Positions 31,414 to 40,829 of a stretch of DNA of 64,000 nucleotides are shown in pieces; the first letter of the stretch is position 1; every line of letters begins with the position of its first letter. Source of the stretch: Lentisphaerae bacterium GWF2_57_35. GTDB lineage: Bacteria > Verrucomicrobiota > Kiritimatiellia > CAIQIC01 > GWF2-57-35. The stretch covers positions 75,636-139,635 of the forward strand of contig MHBK01000051.1 of the NCBI GenBank assembly GCA_001804865.1. Direction: 5' to 3'. The notes beneath the pieces were generated by a model. The model was given only the letters and a program-made list of their open reading frames with translations. It did no database searches and was not told where the DNA came from. Both the position numbers and the translations under genes were made by a program.

Positions 31414-32379
31414 TCACATCTTATCCGGATCGAACAAAAACAGCTCCTGGCTATTCGGCGTCGGCTTCTGCCGTTTCGGCCGGCTGGGCGCCGCCAGGGG
31501 CGGCCCGCCCTGCTTCAGCTCTTCCGCCAGCGAATGAAGATCCAGCTTTTCGAAAAAAGGCGTCAGTCTCAACGGATCTTCCGGCGTCGTGCGCATCGCC
31601 TCCCACGGCGGATATTCCGTCAAATCGACCCGCAACTTCATCAAACCCATATTGCGCCGGATCAAATCCTGATGCGTCTCCAGCAACAGGCGTATACGCT
31701 CCGGCTGGACTTCCTGAATGCGCGCCAACAGTTGCTCCACGGAGCCGAAATCCTGCACCAGCCGTGCGGCGGTCTTCGGGCCGATGCCGGGCACCCCGGA
31801 GATGTTGTCCACCGCGTCCCCCGTCAACGACTGCCAGTCCACAATCTTATCCGGCCATACGCCGGTTTTTTCGAACACCTCGTTCGGACCCATCTTGTCC
31901 AGCGCCTTGGACGGGGAAACGATGCACACCCGATCCGTCACCAGTTGAAAAAGATCCTTGTCGCTCGTGGCCATCGCCACCGACATCCCCAACTGCTGCG
32001 CCGCGACCGACATGGACGCCATGACATCGTCCGCCTCCTGCCCCAGCACCCGAACCACCGGAATCTGCGCCTGGGCCAGATATTCCTCGATGGGGGCAAA
32101 TTGGCTGCGAAGATCGTCCGGCATGGGAGTTCGTTGGGCCTTATATTCCGGGCACTTCTCCACCCGCTCCGCGGGCAGTCCTCCATCGAATACCACCACC
32201 CGATGAGAAGGCTGGAGCAACCGACCCAGTTGGCGGAACATCCGGACAAACCCAAACACCGCGTTGGTCGGCTGGCCTGACGAGGTCGTCAACCCCGCAA
32301 TCGCATAAAACGCGCGGTAGGCTACCGCCGTGCCATCCACAATCAACAACGTTGAATTCGACCTGTCATCCGAGTTCAT
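31414..32379 (-). CDS. Stand-alone 5'-3' exonuclease (FEN family, Pol I N-terminal-domain-like)
   Basis: 'LLIVDGTAVAYRAFYA', 'NAVFGFVRMF', 'VVVFDG', 'SDKDLFQLV', and the H3TH 'VDNISGVPGIGPKTAARLVQDFGSVEQLL'. Confidence 0.85.
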   Translation of the reverse strand: MNSDDRSNSTLLIVDGTAVAYRAFYAIAGLTTSSGQPTNAVFGFVRMFRQLGRLLQPSHRVVVFDGGLPAERVEKCPEYKAQRTPMPDDLRSQFAPIEEYLAQAQIPVVRVLGQEADDVMASMSVAAQQLGMSVAMATSDKDLFQLVTDRVCIVSPSKALDKMGPNEVFEKTGVWPDKIVDWQSLTGDAVDNISGVPGIGPKTAARLVQDFGSVEQLLARIQEVQPERIRLLLETHQDLIRRNMGLMKLRVDLTEYPPWEAMRTTPEDPLRLTPFFEKLDLHSLAEELKQGGPPLAAPSRPKRQKPTPNSQELFLFDPDKM

Positions 32380-32563
32380 TGTAATTCCCAGGAAAATGGA
32401 CGTGCCGAGGTTTTGGAAAAATAAAATCGGAGCCGTGTCTCATGCACCAACCCTCGAGACCATCCCTCACTCATCCCCGTATCCCATCACCTGCCGCGCT
32501 CGAGTACACCCAAGAGGATACATCATTTCAAGCCAGGGTAAAGCCCCCCCCTAATACGGCAAA

Positions 32564-32589
32564 GCAACGCCTCCCTACGGAAGCGTTGC
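32564..32589 (-). terminator. Putative intrinsic terminator for the pil operon (minus-strand transcript)
   Basis: On the minus strand 'GCAACGCUUCC-GUAGG-GAGGCGUUGC' forms an 11-bp stem and is followed by 'UUUGCC'. It lies ~105 nt after the pilQ stop. Confidence 0.4.
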
Positions 32590-32615
32590 CCCTGCCTCAG
32601 TCCCCAGCCCCAATA

Positions 32616-32685
32616 CTCCTTGGCCTTTGGACCTTGGACTTTGGACTCCTTGGACTTTGGACTCTTCGTCCCTTGGACTCCTTGC
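32616..32685. repeat. Short tandem hexamer array (TTGGAC/CTTGGA)n immediately downstream of the secretin gene
   Basis: 'ccttggcctttggaccttggactttggactccttggactttggactcttcgtcccttggactccttgccc' gives ~10 units. Confidence 0.7.
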
Positions 32686-32692
32686 CCTCTTC

Positions 32693-35668
32693 TCAGGGCT
32701 TAGCCGTCTCGGTCGTCGTCGTCGTGCCGCCGCCCGGCAAGGCCATCGATTCGGCCTTGTGGATCGGCTTGCCCGCCGGATCGACCAACCGCGCCGTTAC
32801 AAAGATCAGCAAGTTCATCTTCTTGCTCGACTGGCCTTCGTTGCGGAACAGGCGGCCCAACAGAGGGATGTCGCCGAGGATCGGAACTTTGTCCTTGATC
32901 GTAACCAGTTCTTCGCGAATCAAACCGCCCATCACCACCGTCTGGCCATCCCAAATGACAATGCTGGTGGTCACTTTGCGGCTGCTGAAGACCGGCTGCG
33001 GAATGTTGAACTGGAAGGTACGCTCCTGCGTTCCGATCTGAATGCCCAATGCGCTCAAAATAGGCCGTTCCAGCGTAATCGCCGAGCCATACTGAATCCA
33101 ATCCACCAATTCGGCCACTTCCGGCACCATGACCAAGTCGATGGTATAGCCATCCGGGCCGACGGTCGGGGTGACGTTGAGGATCACACCCACTTCGCGG
33201 GTTTCAAAGGAGCCCGGCGTAACCGTCGGAGGCGTCACCAAATCGCCCTGGCTTTGCACCGTGGGCTGCGTCACTTCGAACTCGGTCGGATAAATGATCT
33301 CGCGAACCACCTGGATCTGGGCGTTCACGCCGCTGCGGGTCGTCACCCGGGGAGCCGACAGCAAATCCGCGCCGCCGTGCTGCGACAAGGCCTGGATGAC
33401 CAGGGTCATCTCCGGATTCGTCAGGATGCTGGAGAAGCTCAGGATGCTGCCCAACATGGACTGGCTGACGCCTTTGGTGACCGCCGACATCGGGCTGACC
33501 GCCGCCGTGCTCCGATCGAACCCGAAGAAGCGGTTGCCCTGCGTAATGCCGTTGGGGTTGGCGTTGGCCTGGATGCGCTCCTGCGTTCCGATGCCGCCCA
33601 GCGAATTCTTGTTCTGGGCGATTTCGTAATTGTCGGTCAGAATCCACTGCAAGCCGAGTTCTTCCAAATCGTTTTCCCCCACTTCCACAAAGCGGGCTTC
33701 GATTTCCACCTGGTTCGGCACCACGTTCAATTGCGCCAGGATGCGTTCGAAAATTTCCAGGTTGTCCGGCGTATTCGCCACAATCAACTGGCTGATGCTC
33801 TGGTTGTACGTGATCGATGTGCCCACCGGGAACGGAACGCCGGCTTTTTCGAAGAACTCCTTCACGTCGCTGCGCTTGATGGAGGTCTTGCTGCCCATCT
33901 CGATGAACTCGCCGGTGTGTTCGTCGGACGACGAGTCTTCTTTGGAAATGATGACGTCCAGGATCGAGGGCTGCACCGGATACATGCGCGTAATCACGCG
34001 GCCGGACACCACGCCGGCCGGCGTAATGATCACGGCATTGTCTTCCAGACGATACTTCAAGCCCGCCACTTCCGTGATGTACTTGACGGCATCCAACAGC
34101 GAAATGCGCCGAAGGTTGAGGGTGATGGTCTTCACACCGGCCGCCGGAGCCGCCGCTTCAACCGACGTCGAGCCGGCATCGGTCATAGCCCAGGGATCGT
34201 CCACCGCCGGAGCCGCTGCCGGAGCCGCACTCGCCGTACCGGAGCCCGGAATGTTCAGGTTCAAAACAATGTTCACGCCGGCGCCTTCCGGATCGCCGCT
34301 GATGCTGGCTTCAACCAAAAAGTTGATGACGTCGGTGATGTTCGCCGACCGGAATTCGATCGACGGGATCATGATCTTCGCCATGCGGTCCTGCAGCCGT
34401 TGCGTAGCCGTCTTGGTTTCTATCGCGCCGCGCGCCATGACCTCTTCCGGCAACTTTACTTCTTCGCGAATCGGCGGATTCCACGCATCGCGTACGTTTC
34501 TCATCAAACCGGCGACGGTCGCCTCGCGCTCCTTGGTGCTGATCTTGAAGCGGATTTCCTCGATCTTCTTGAGATACCGCATGGCATCCACGTTGAACTC
34601 GTCGGTCAACAAGACCGTCTCGAACAAGGCTTCGGCCTGCTTGTAGTCCTTCAAATCGAAATACTGAATGCCTTCCTTGATCAGCTTTTTGATTTCGCTC
34701 TTCTTCTCGACATAGGCCGGCGTTTCCCCCGGAGGCAAGGGCAAGCTCTGGCGGTATTCTTCGCGGGCAATCCTCTTCAGCAGACTATCCACACCCTTGT
34801 GGGCCGGATCGAGCTTCAGGGCTTTTTCGGCGTTATGACGGGCATCCGCCATGTTGCCGCGCTTTTCATATTCGTTCCACGACGTGCGATAAAGCGCCTC
34901 CGCCAAACCCCATTTGGCCTGTTCGCGCTGCTCGTAGGTCGCCGGACGTTCCGGCAGATTCGAAAGCGTGTCTTCAAAACTCTTGGCCGCCGCTGCGAAA
35001 TCGCCCGCCGTCAGAAGCTTGTATCCGCCTTCGAGATTCTGCAACGCCTGGGTCTCCATGCCCTGACGGCGAATCTCTTCCTGTTCCGCCAGCACGCGAG
35101 CTTGCTTGGGGCTGATCTTGGCCGCCGCCGGAGCCGTGGCTTCCGCGGGAGCCGATTCCTGCACCGGTTCAATCACCTCGGCAGGAGCCGGCTCTTCATC
35201 GGCCGTTACGGCCGACGGTTCGACCGCCGCAGGCGCTTCAACCACCGCAGGCTCTTCGGGCGCGAGCTCAGGAGCCGCCGTAACCGCCGGTTCTTCAACC
35301 GGAGCGGTAAAGAAAGCGTCCGTGCTCAAAGGTTCTTCGGCCACCGGCGTAACCGGTTCGGCAGGAGCGGCCGGCTCGGCCGGCGCTGCCGGCTCGGGAA
35401 TGGTCGCCGCCTCCGGAGGCGTTGGACTTTCAAGCAACCCGGCATCCGTCGCCGCTTCCGGCTCGATGACCGCCGGCTGTTCCGTCACGGCCGGCTGCTC
35501 GACCGCCGCAGGCGGTTCTACCGCTGCCGGCTGCTGTTGAGGAGCTCCTTCAATATCGCTGAGCAGAGATTCCAGATCCGAATCCTGTTTTTCCTGCGCA
35601 ATGGCGCCCACGCACCATACCAGCGAAGAGAAAACCATTACCGCCATCGCTGTCGTACCGACTCTCAT
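32693..35668 (-). CDS. pilQ: Secretin (type IV pilus PilQ / T2SS GspD family) with a long Pro/Ala/Glu-rich low-complexity N-terminal region and TPR-like repeats
   Basis: Signal peptide 'MRVGTTAMAVMVFSSLVWCVGAIAQ'. C-terminal secretin domain 'VVPNQVEIEARFVEVGENDLEELGLQW...NVTPTVGPDGYTIDLVMVPEVAE...QTVVMGGLIREELVTIKDKVPILGDIPLLGRLFRNEGQSSKKMNLLIFVTARLV'. Confidence 0.9.
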   Translation of the reverse strand: MRVGTTAMAVMVFSSLVWCVGAIAQEKQDSDLESLLSDIEGAPQQQPAAVEPPAAVEQPAVTEQPAVIEPEAATDAGLLESPTPPEAATIPEPAAPAEPAAPAEPVTPVAEEPLSTDAFFTAPVEEPAVTAAPELAPEEPAVVEAPAAVEPSAVTADEEPAPAEVIEPVQESAPAEATAPAAAKISPKQARVLAEQEEIRRQGMETQALQNLEGGYKLLTAGDFAAAAKSFEDTLSNLPERPATYEQREQAKWGLAEALYRTSWNEYEKRGNMADARHNAEKALKLDPAHKGVDSLLKRIAREEYRQSLPLPPGETPAYVEKKSEIKKLIKEGIQYFDLKDYKQAEALFETVLLTDEFNVDAMRYLKKIEEIRFKISTKEREATVAGLMRNVRDAWNPPIREEVKLPEEVMARGAIETKTATQRLQDRMAKIMIPSIEFRSANITDVINFLVEASISGDPEGAGVNIVLNLNIPGSGTASAAPAAAPAVDDPWAMTDAGSTSVEAAAPAAGVKTITLNLRRISLLDAVKYITEVAGLKYRLEDNAVIITPAGVVSGRVITRMYPVQPSILDVIISKEDSSSDEHTGEFIEMGSKTSIKRSDVKEFFEKAGVPFPVGTSITYNQSISQLIVANTPDNLEIFERILAQLNVVPNQVEIEARFVEVGENDLEELGLQWILTDNYEIAQNKNSLGGIGTQERIQANANPNGITQGNRFFGFDRSTAAVSPMSAVTKGVSQSMLGSILSFSSILTNPEMTLVIQALSQHGGADLLSAPRVTTRSGVNAQIQVVREIIYPTEFEVTQPTVQSQGDLVTPPTVTPGSFETREVGVILNVTPTVGPDGYTIDLVMVPEVAELVDWIQYGSAITLERPILSALGIQIGTQERTFQFNIPQPVFSSRKVTTSIVIWDGQTVVMGGLIREELVTIKDKVPILGDIPLLGRLFRNEGQSSKKMNLLIFVTARLVDPAGKPIHKAESMALPGGGTTTTTETAKP

Positions 35669-35753
35669 TTTGGAAACTCCTCCTTGGGCCTATTTTCGTA
35701 ACTTATGTTTATTGCAAACTAAATTCCTGGACTTGGATTCGAACGATCCTCCG

Positions 35754-36800
35754 CTATCCCCCAGGCTGACCGTCCCCTACGGCAGAACCGCTGCCTCGTA
35801 ACAGCTCAAGCTCCCCTTCGCTGAGCAATCCAACAGATGTGTTTTTCCCTGTTGTCACGTTGCGTATTAATACGCGATCGCGCAGGATGTCAATGACTTT
35901 GTAATCAACATCTTTTACCTGAAACACGTCGCCAAGTTTTTGACGCAGCCGGCTACGGTCGATCAGCAAGGCCATATCGGCCACCATTTCGTGCTGCGTA
36001 ATCGCCCGGCCCTTGACCAGGCGAATCGTGGTCGTGCCCTGCCGCAAAATCAACGTCGGACCCTCTGTGGTCTCCGGCACATACTCTACGACTTCAAACC
36101 CTTCGATCTGATCGCCCAGCCGGGCAAAGAACGTCCGTTCCAACGTCCGCAAATTCAGTTGATATCGATTGCCGTCCGCCAGCTTCTGGACGCCTTGGAA
36201 GCGAAGCTTGAAGGGATTCGACACCACGCGAATCAAGCGCAGCTTGGCGGTGGGCGGAGGACTGCTCGTTGCGCTGTTCAAATCGGTCCCGGCGAGAAAT
36301 TCTTCGAAATTCGTGAATCCATCCCCATCGGCATCCAGCGCGGCGTCCTCGTGGCTCATCGCGTTGAGGCCCTTGCTTTTTTCGAAAACGTCCGACATGC
36401 CGTCGCCATCGCTGTCGATGTCCTGCGTATTGATCATGATCGGCTGCGCCGCGGCGCAGAACGAACACTTGGCCGCGCTGTACGGAATCGGTTTTCCACA
36501 ACTGATGCAACTCACGCGAAGCTCGCTGACCATCAGCCGCGAAACGGTCTGGGAACTTTGGAAGGGATGGTCCAGGGAGGCCTGCAAGCCGGCATAGACC
36601 TTGGTATCCAGCGGCGGAACGCTCTTCAGCGTGCCTTGGGGTTGCTCCCACTGGGCTTCATCCAAGGATTTCTGCCCTTGCCCAATCTGCAACAACAGGA
36701 ACAGGGCCGAACCCATCAACAACACCAACACCACGACAAGAATGAGCTTCTCGTAATTCTGCATCAACCAACTGGAAGATGGACGAGGAGTGGATTTCAT
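35754..36800 (-). CDS. PilP-position protein: membrane-anchored, with a CxxC...CxxC zinc-ribbon-like motif and a dockerin/TSP3-like double calcium-binding module
   Basis: N-terminal transmembrane segment 'LILVVVLVLLMGSALFLLL'. 'CISCGKPIPYSAAKCSFC'. 'DIDSDGDGMSDVFE...DADGDGFTNFEEF'. It sits between the pilO-like gene and the secretin gene. Confidence 0.5.
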   Translation of the reverse strand: MKSTPRPSSSWLMQNYEKLILVVVLVLLMGSALFLLLQIGQGQKSLDEAQWEQPQGTLKSVPPLDTKVYAGLQASLDHPFQSSQTVSRLMVSELRVSCISCGKPIPYSAAKCSFCAAAQPIMINTQDIDSDGDGMSDVFEKSKGLNAMSHEDAALDADGDGFTNFEEFLAGTDLNSATSSPPPTAKLRLIRVVSNPFKLRFQGVQKLADGNRYQLNLRTLERTFFARLGDQIEGFEVVEYVPETTEGPTLILRQGTTTIRLVKGRAITQHEMVADMALLIDRSRLRQKLGDVFQVKDVDYKVIDILRDRVLIRNVTTGKNTSVGLLSEGELELLRGSGSAVGDGQPGG

Positions 36801-37819
36801 GGCGTCGCCTCCTCTTGTTGAGCGCCCGCAAAACGGTACACATCGACCTCCAGTTTCACCACGACCGGTTCGCGCCCGGCCACAATCCGCTGCTCGCGGC
36901 TGACAGCCGTATCTTTAGCCCCCACGGCGGACGGAACGGACCCGGCCGGAGCCACCACGCTCGACGAGGGCGCGGGCGCCTTCGCCGGAAGAATGTCGGC
37001 GCCTTTCTTGACGGACTTGCCGGCATTGTCCAATTCCAGATTGGAGACCACAACGAACAATGGGGATCGAGCCATCGCGTTCAGCACCTCGCGGATCGAG
37101 GAATCGTTGGAGGCGAAGGTCAGCGTATAATGCTCGCGCGAATACAACCCCGCCTGCTCGCCGGCGTCGGGCTGATGAGGGAAGATCGCCGTTGCAGAGG
37201 CGTTCTGCTCGGACTGATTCGCCATGCCGCGCCGCCGCCCGCCGCCCTGCGGCTCCGTTGGCTGCGCCATGCTGCCGCCCTGCTCGAAAACCTCCCGCGT
37301 AACCGATACAATCTCGCCGATCTTGGATTTGTACAGCAAGTTACAAAGTTCCTCGACCTCCTTAACCTGCACCACCAGCCGGGGAATATCCGAGGAGGAG
37401 GGCAACTCGCCCTTGGCATAGCGGTCGAATCCAAACGCGAACCGGGCCGGCAACTTGACATTGGCGGTCATGGAGGAATCCAGCAACTTGCGAATGGTAC
37501 GCTCCAACAGCAGCGGAAATTGCGCCGATTCCATGTTCTCCGGCTCGAGCTGCCCGACCTGGAGTTGACCGTATAAATTGGTGAAAAAGCCCTGAAGAAG
37601 ATCCGCCTGCTTCCGCATCTGCTCGACGTTCGCCTCCGAAGGATACGGATCGCGCTGATGTAAAAAGGTCAGGCGATTCATCGAACTCTGCAGCTCGCTG
37701 TTCACCTTCTTGAACGCCCCGTGAAAGCGAAACAGCATGACCAACGCCGCCAGAATCAGGACTAGCGATATCGTCCCGCCGACTATTAAAACCATGTGTT
37801 TTTTTAAATTCATTGTCAT
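36797..37819 (-). CDS. PilO-like type IV pilus assembly protein
   Basis: A single N-terminal transmembrane segment 'MVLIVGGTISLVLILAALVMLF' is followed by a coiled-coil and a periplasmic domain. The gene sits between the pilM/N-like and PilP-position genes with a 4-nt overlap. Confidence 0.55.
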   Translation of the reverse strand: MTMNLKKHMVLIVGGTISLVLILAALVMLFRFHGAFKKVNSELQSSMNRLTFLHQRDPYPSEANVEQMRKQADLLQGFFTNLYGQLQVGQLEPENMESAQFPLLLERTIRKLLDSSMTANVKLPARFAFGFDRYAKGELPSSSDIPRLVVQVKEVEELCNLLYKSKIGEIVSVTREVFEQGGSMAQPTEPQGGGRRRGMANQSEQNASATAIFPHQPDAGEQAGLYSREHYTLTFASNDSSIREVLNAMARSPLFVVVSNLELDNAGKSVKKGADILPAKAPAPSSSVVAPAGSVPSAVGAKDTAVSREQRIVAGREPVVVKLEVDVYRFAGAQQEEATP

Positions 37820-37938
37820 TACTTGGAGTATGGGAATCGCAGATTAACGACTATTTTAAAAGCTCTTCCTCGCCATACTGCTCACGTAGAACCCCATCTC
37901 AAATTTTCGATCTAAAATTCTCCGCCTCCCCCTGCTCC

Positions 37939-39636
37939 CTACACCTCCAGAGGCTTCTTCAGCACCCCGATAATCCGAAACTCGAGGATCACATCGTCCG
38001 GCCCCGGAGCCGGCTGCCACCGGATTTCCGTCTGATCGTCGAACAGCGACATCGTACGCAACTTGTCCCGGAACTTGCTGATCGCCTCCGATGAAACCTT
38101 GTCGATATAGCCCGCGCCATTCAATTCAATAAACCGTATCCCCTGCGGAGCGGCAGCCTCTCCGGACGGATCTTGCGGCGGCGTCGCGCCGGTCGGCGCA
38201 TCGGAGCCGGAAGAAACGGTCGGACGTATCGTTTGCAGCCACATGCCGTCCGGCAGGCATTGATTGATCTCGTCGAGCACCTTCAACCATTGGGAACGCC
38301 GGTCCACCAAATGGAGCGTCGTGCGAATCTTTTCGTCAATCTCGTTGCGCTGCTGCTCCGTGCTTCTCAACTGGCTCTCGACCGATTCCAGCGCCGCCGC
38401 CACGACCTTCACCCGGTCCAGCCGCGCCTGCGCCAGGCTCGTCATCTTGAGGAAATAGCCGCACCAGATTGTCAGCACCAAAAACAGCACCACCGCGGAG
38501 GCGACAAACAAGGGCTGTTTCTTGCGAAACGCCTTTTGTTGTACGACCTTGGGAGGCATCAAATTGATTTCGATCGGACAGGACAACTCGCGCCGCAGGG
38601 CCAGGCCGACCACCTGCCCCAACGTATGGGCGTGCCGTCCAATCTGCTCCGCCGGAATCCGCTCGCTCACCGCGACGTTCAAAAACGGATTCATATAATC
38701 CACATCCACTTTCAGCTTTTCCTTCAGGAAGGTATCCGTGTAAGGAATCACCGAAGTGCCGCCCGTCAGCAGCACCAACTGCGGTTGCTGCCCCGATTGC
38801 TGGCTGCGGTAGAAATTGATCGAACGGTTGATTTCGGCGTGCAGCCGGGTCATTACGCTGCGGACGCTCTTGGACACCTTGTCCACCGTTTCGCTCTTGG
38901 GTCCTTCGTAGGCGCCGCCGAAGGCTACGAAGGCGTGCGCCATCTTCATCTGCTCGGCATCGGCAAACGACAGGTTGAACTCCTGCATGATCTGCTGGGT
39001 AATCGCGTTGCCCGCCACCGGCACGCTGCGGCTGAACACCCGGCCCGCTTCGATGAAAATCAGGTCCGTCGAACGCGCCCCGATGTCGATCAGCAGCGTA
39101 CAGGCCGGCAAGTCGGTGTAGTTGTAGCGAACGGCATTGTACAGCGCCATCGGCGCCACATCGATCAGGTCCGGGCGCATCCCGGCCGACTCCACCGTGT
39201 CCGACAACTGCTCGATGATGTCCGCCTTGATGGCCGCCAGCATCACGTCCACTTCGCCGCCCGCCCCGCCGATCAATTGGTAATCCCAAACCACTTCGTC
39301 GATCGGGAACGGCACGTTCTGCTGTGCCTCGTAGAGGATGATCTGGTAAACCTTGTCCTTGTCCACCGGCGGCAACTTTACGAAACGCGAGAAAACCGAC
39401 TGCCCTGACACCGAGATCAGCACCGTTCCCGGCCGAATACCCGAATCCTGCAACAGCTCTCGGATGGTCGTCACCAAGTAGGTCGAGCGATCCCCTTCGC
39501 TCTGAGGATCCATGCCCAACGAACCGACCGCATAATTGACCAGTTCAAGTCCGCCCGACTTCAGTGCCACGAACTCCGCCAGCTTGATGCCGCTTGCACC
39601 GATGTCCAGGGCCAGAATACTTTCGGATTTCAGCAT
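37939..39636 (-). CDS. pilM: PilM (actin-like ATPase fold) fused to a PilN-like C-terminal module
   Basis: PilM N-terminus 'ILALDIGASGIKLAEF...VLISVSGQSVFSRFVKLPP...LIDIGARSTDLIFIE...LVLLTGGTSVIPY'. Then a transmembrane segment 'LFVASAVVLFLVLTIW', a coiled-coil and a periplasmic domain typical of PilN. Confidence 0.8.
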   Translation of the reverse strand: MLKSESILALDIGASGIKLAEFVALKSGGLELVNYAVGSLGMDPQSEGDRSTYLVTTIRELLQDSGIRPGTVLISVSGQSVFSRFVKLPPVDKDKVYQIILYEAQQNVPFPIDEVVWDYQLIGGAGGEVDVMLAAIKADIIEQLSDTVESAGMRPDLIDVAPMALYNAVRYNYTDLPACTLLIDIGARSTDLIFIEAGRVFSRSVPVAGNAITQQIMQEFNLSFADAEQMKMAHAFVAFGGAYEGPKSETVDKVSKSVRSVMTRLHAEINRSINFYRSQQSGQQPQLVLLTGGTSVIPYTDTFLKEKLKVDVDYMNPFLNVAVSERIPAEQIGRHAHTLGQVVGLALRRELSCPIEINLMPPKVVQQKAFRKKQPLFVASAVVLFLVLTIWCGYFLKMTSLAQARLDRVKVVAAALESVESQLRSTEQQRNEIDEKIRTTLHLVDRRSQWLKVLDEINQCLPDGMWLQTIRPTVSSGSDAPTGATPPQDPSGEAAAPQGIRFIELNGAGYIDKVSSEAISKFRDKLRTMSLFDDQTEIRWQPAPGPDDVILEFRIIGVLKKPLEV

Positions 39637-39672
39637 ACTTAAAGAACCTTATACAGGCGAATACGGCCTGTG

Positions 39673-40248
39673 TTATTTTCTCATCTTGATCGCTTCGTAA
39701 TCGTCAAAATTCATCATCGCAAACGGCGTTTCCATCCGGTTGAGCACCAGCCCATCCACCGGCGGAACCGGCGACTGCTCCCACCACCGCGCATTGCTCG
39801 ACGGCAAACTTTCCATCGCCAGCATGCGGCCTTGCGAATTGATCAGCACCGCCACCCGCTCCACCGTGCCGAAACGCGCCAGCGTGCTGGGATGAAGGTA
39901 GATGTCGCTCAAATGACGGCCGCGCGCAATGTTCACATAGGTCACGTCGCCCTTGAACAAGCTGAATTTGCCGGCCTTGGACTTTACCAGCACGTAATAC
40001 GTGAAGCTCAGCTCGTCCACCCAGTCCGGCGCCGTCTCGTAGTGCGCCACGATCTGATACCAGTCCAGCGAACGAGCCACCACCTGGCCTTTTAACAACT
40101 GATATTGCGGCGTCGCCACCTTCGAACCGGTGACCTTGCGGATCTGAACGATATTGGGACTCTCTTGGGCCAATACAACGAAGGAACTCAGCAGACTTAC
40201 AGACAAAACCGTCAAAACCAACTTCAGATTTAAGCGAGAACACTTCAT
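39673..40248 (-). CDS. Hypothetical secreted protein
   Basis: The internal Met gives the signal peptide 'MKCSRLNLKLVLTVLSVSLLSSFVVLAQ'. ~190 aa, no motif recognised. It is the last gene of the GC-rich core. Confidence 0.55.
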   Translation of the reverse strand: MKCSRLNLKLVLTVLSVSLLSSFVVLAQESPNIVQIRKVTGSKVATPQYQLLKGQVVARSLDWYQIVAHYETAPDWVDELSFTYYVLVKSKAGKFSLFKGDVTYVNIARGRHLSDIYLHPSTLARFGTVERVAVLINSQGRMLAMESLPSSNARWWEQSPVPPVDGLVLNRMETPFAMMNFDDYEAIKMRK

Positions 40249-40515
40249 TCCACACCCCTTTTCGGATGAAAGTGAAGACTCAACACACAATGCCCCTAAA
40301 AAAATTCTCGCGAGTATAGGCAGTGATTCCGCCAACAGTCAACCAGCTTTCTTATTCAAACCGCCGGTTTTTTTGTCATGAAATCCCTCTCACGCAAACC
40401 CAGGATCGAAACGGCTGCGGGCGTCGCCCGCAGCCGGATTGCCGAATGCCGATTTCCGATGGCCGAATTTTTGTCGGCCCAATTTCTGCGGCGGGAGGAT
40501 GCCGTTCTGATTTCT

Positions 40516-40605
40516 ACTCATAATCTTAATCATAATCTTAATCGTAATCTTCATTTTCTTATTCAGAAAGAGATTAAGATTACGATTAAGATTATGATTA
40601 TGAGT
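40516..40605. repeat. Long imperfect hairpin built from TAATCN hexamer repeats (~30 bp stem, 6-nt bulge, ~21-nt loop), in an AT-rich 580-bp intergenic region
   Basis: 'actcataatcttaatcataatcttaatcgtaatctt-cattttcttattcagaaagag-attaagattacgattaagattatgattatgagt'. Confidence 0.75.
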
Positions 40606-40829
40606 AAGATAAGAAAAGACTTGCGCGCACGAGAGGCTCTTAATGGAAGGGAGGGCCTTCTTGCCCGCCATCGCAGCCAGGAATGGCTGCGGTCCTTTAA
40701 CAAACTCCCAATGAGTCCAAGCCTGAGTCATAATTACAGTTGTTGTGACGCCAAAACCTTCTATTGCCAAGCCATCCGTTTGGGGGTATTTAATAACTAC
40801 AAGGGTCGCCAAGCTGAAAGGTGTGTTCC

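Noticed and set aside
32627-35701. 1,024-aa ORF on the plus strand, antisense to the secretin gene
   Set aside because: It is extremely Arg/Gly/Ala-rich with no domain features. The minus-strand secretin is unambiguous. The similar long antisense ORFs at 38173-39408 (opposite pilM), 29253-29903, 19088-20047 and 61855-62958 were rejected on the same grounds.
40516-40605. Possible CRISPR array, suggested by the regular short repeats
   Set aside because: The units are 6-nt degenerate hexamers arranged as one hairpin. There are no 25-40 bp direct repeats with unique spacers and no cas genes in the window. The same reasoning applies to the TTGGAC array at 32.6 kb.
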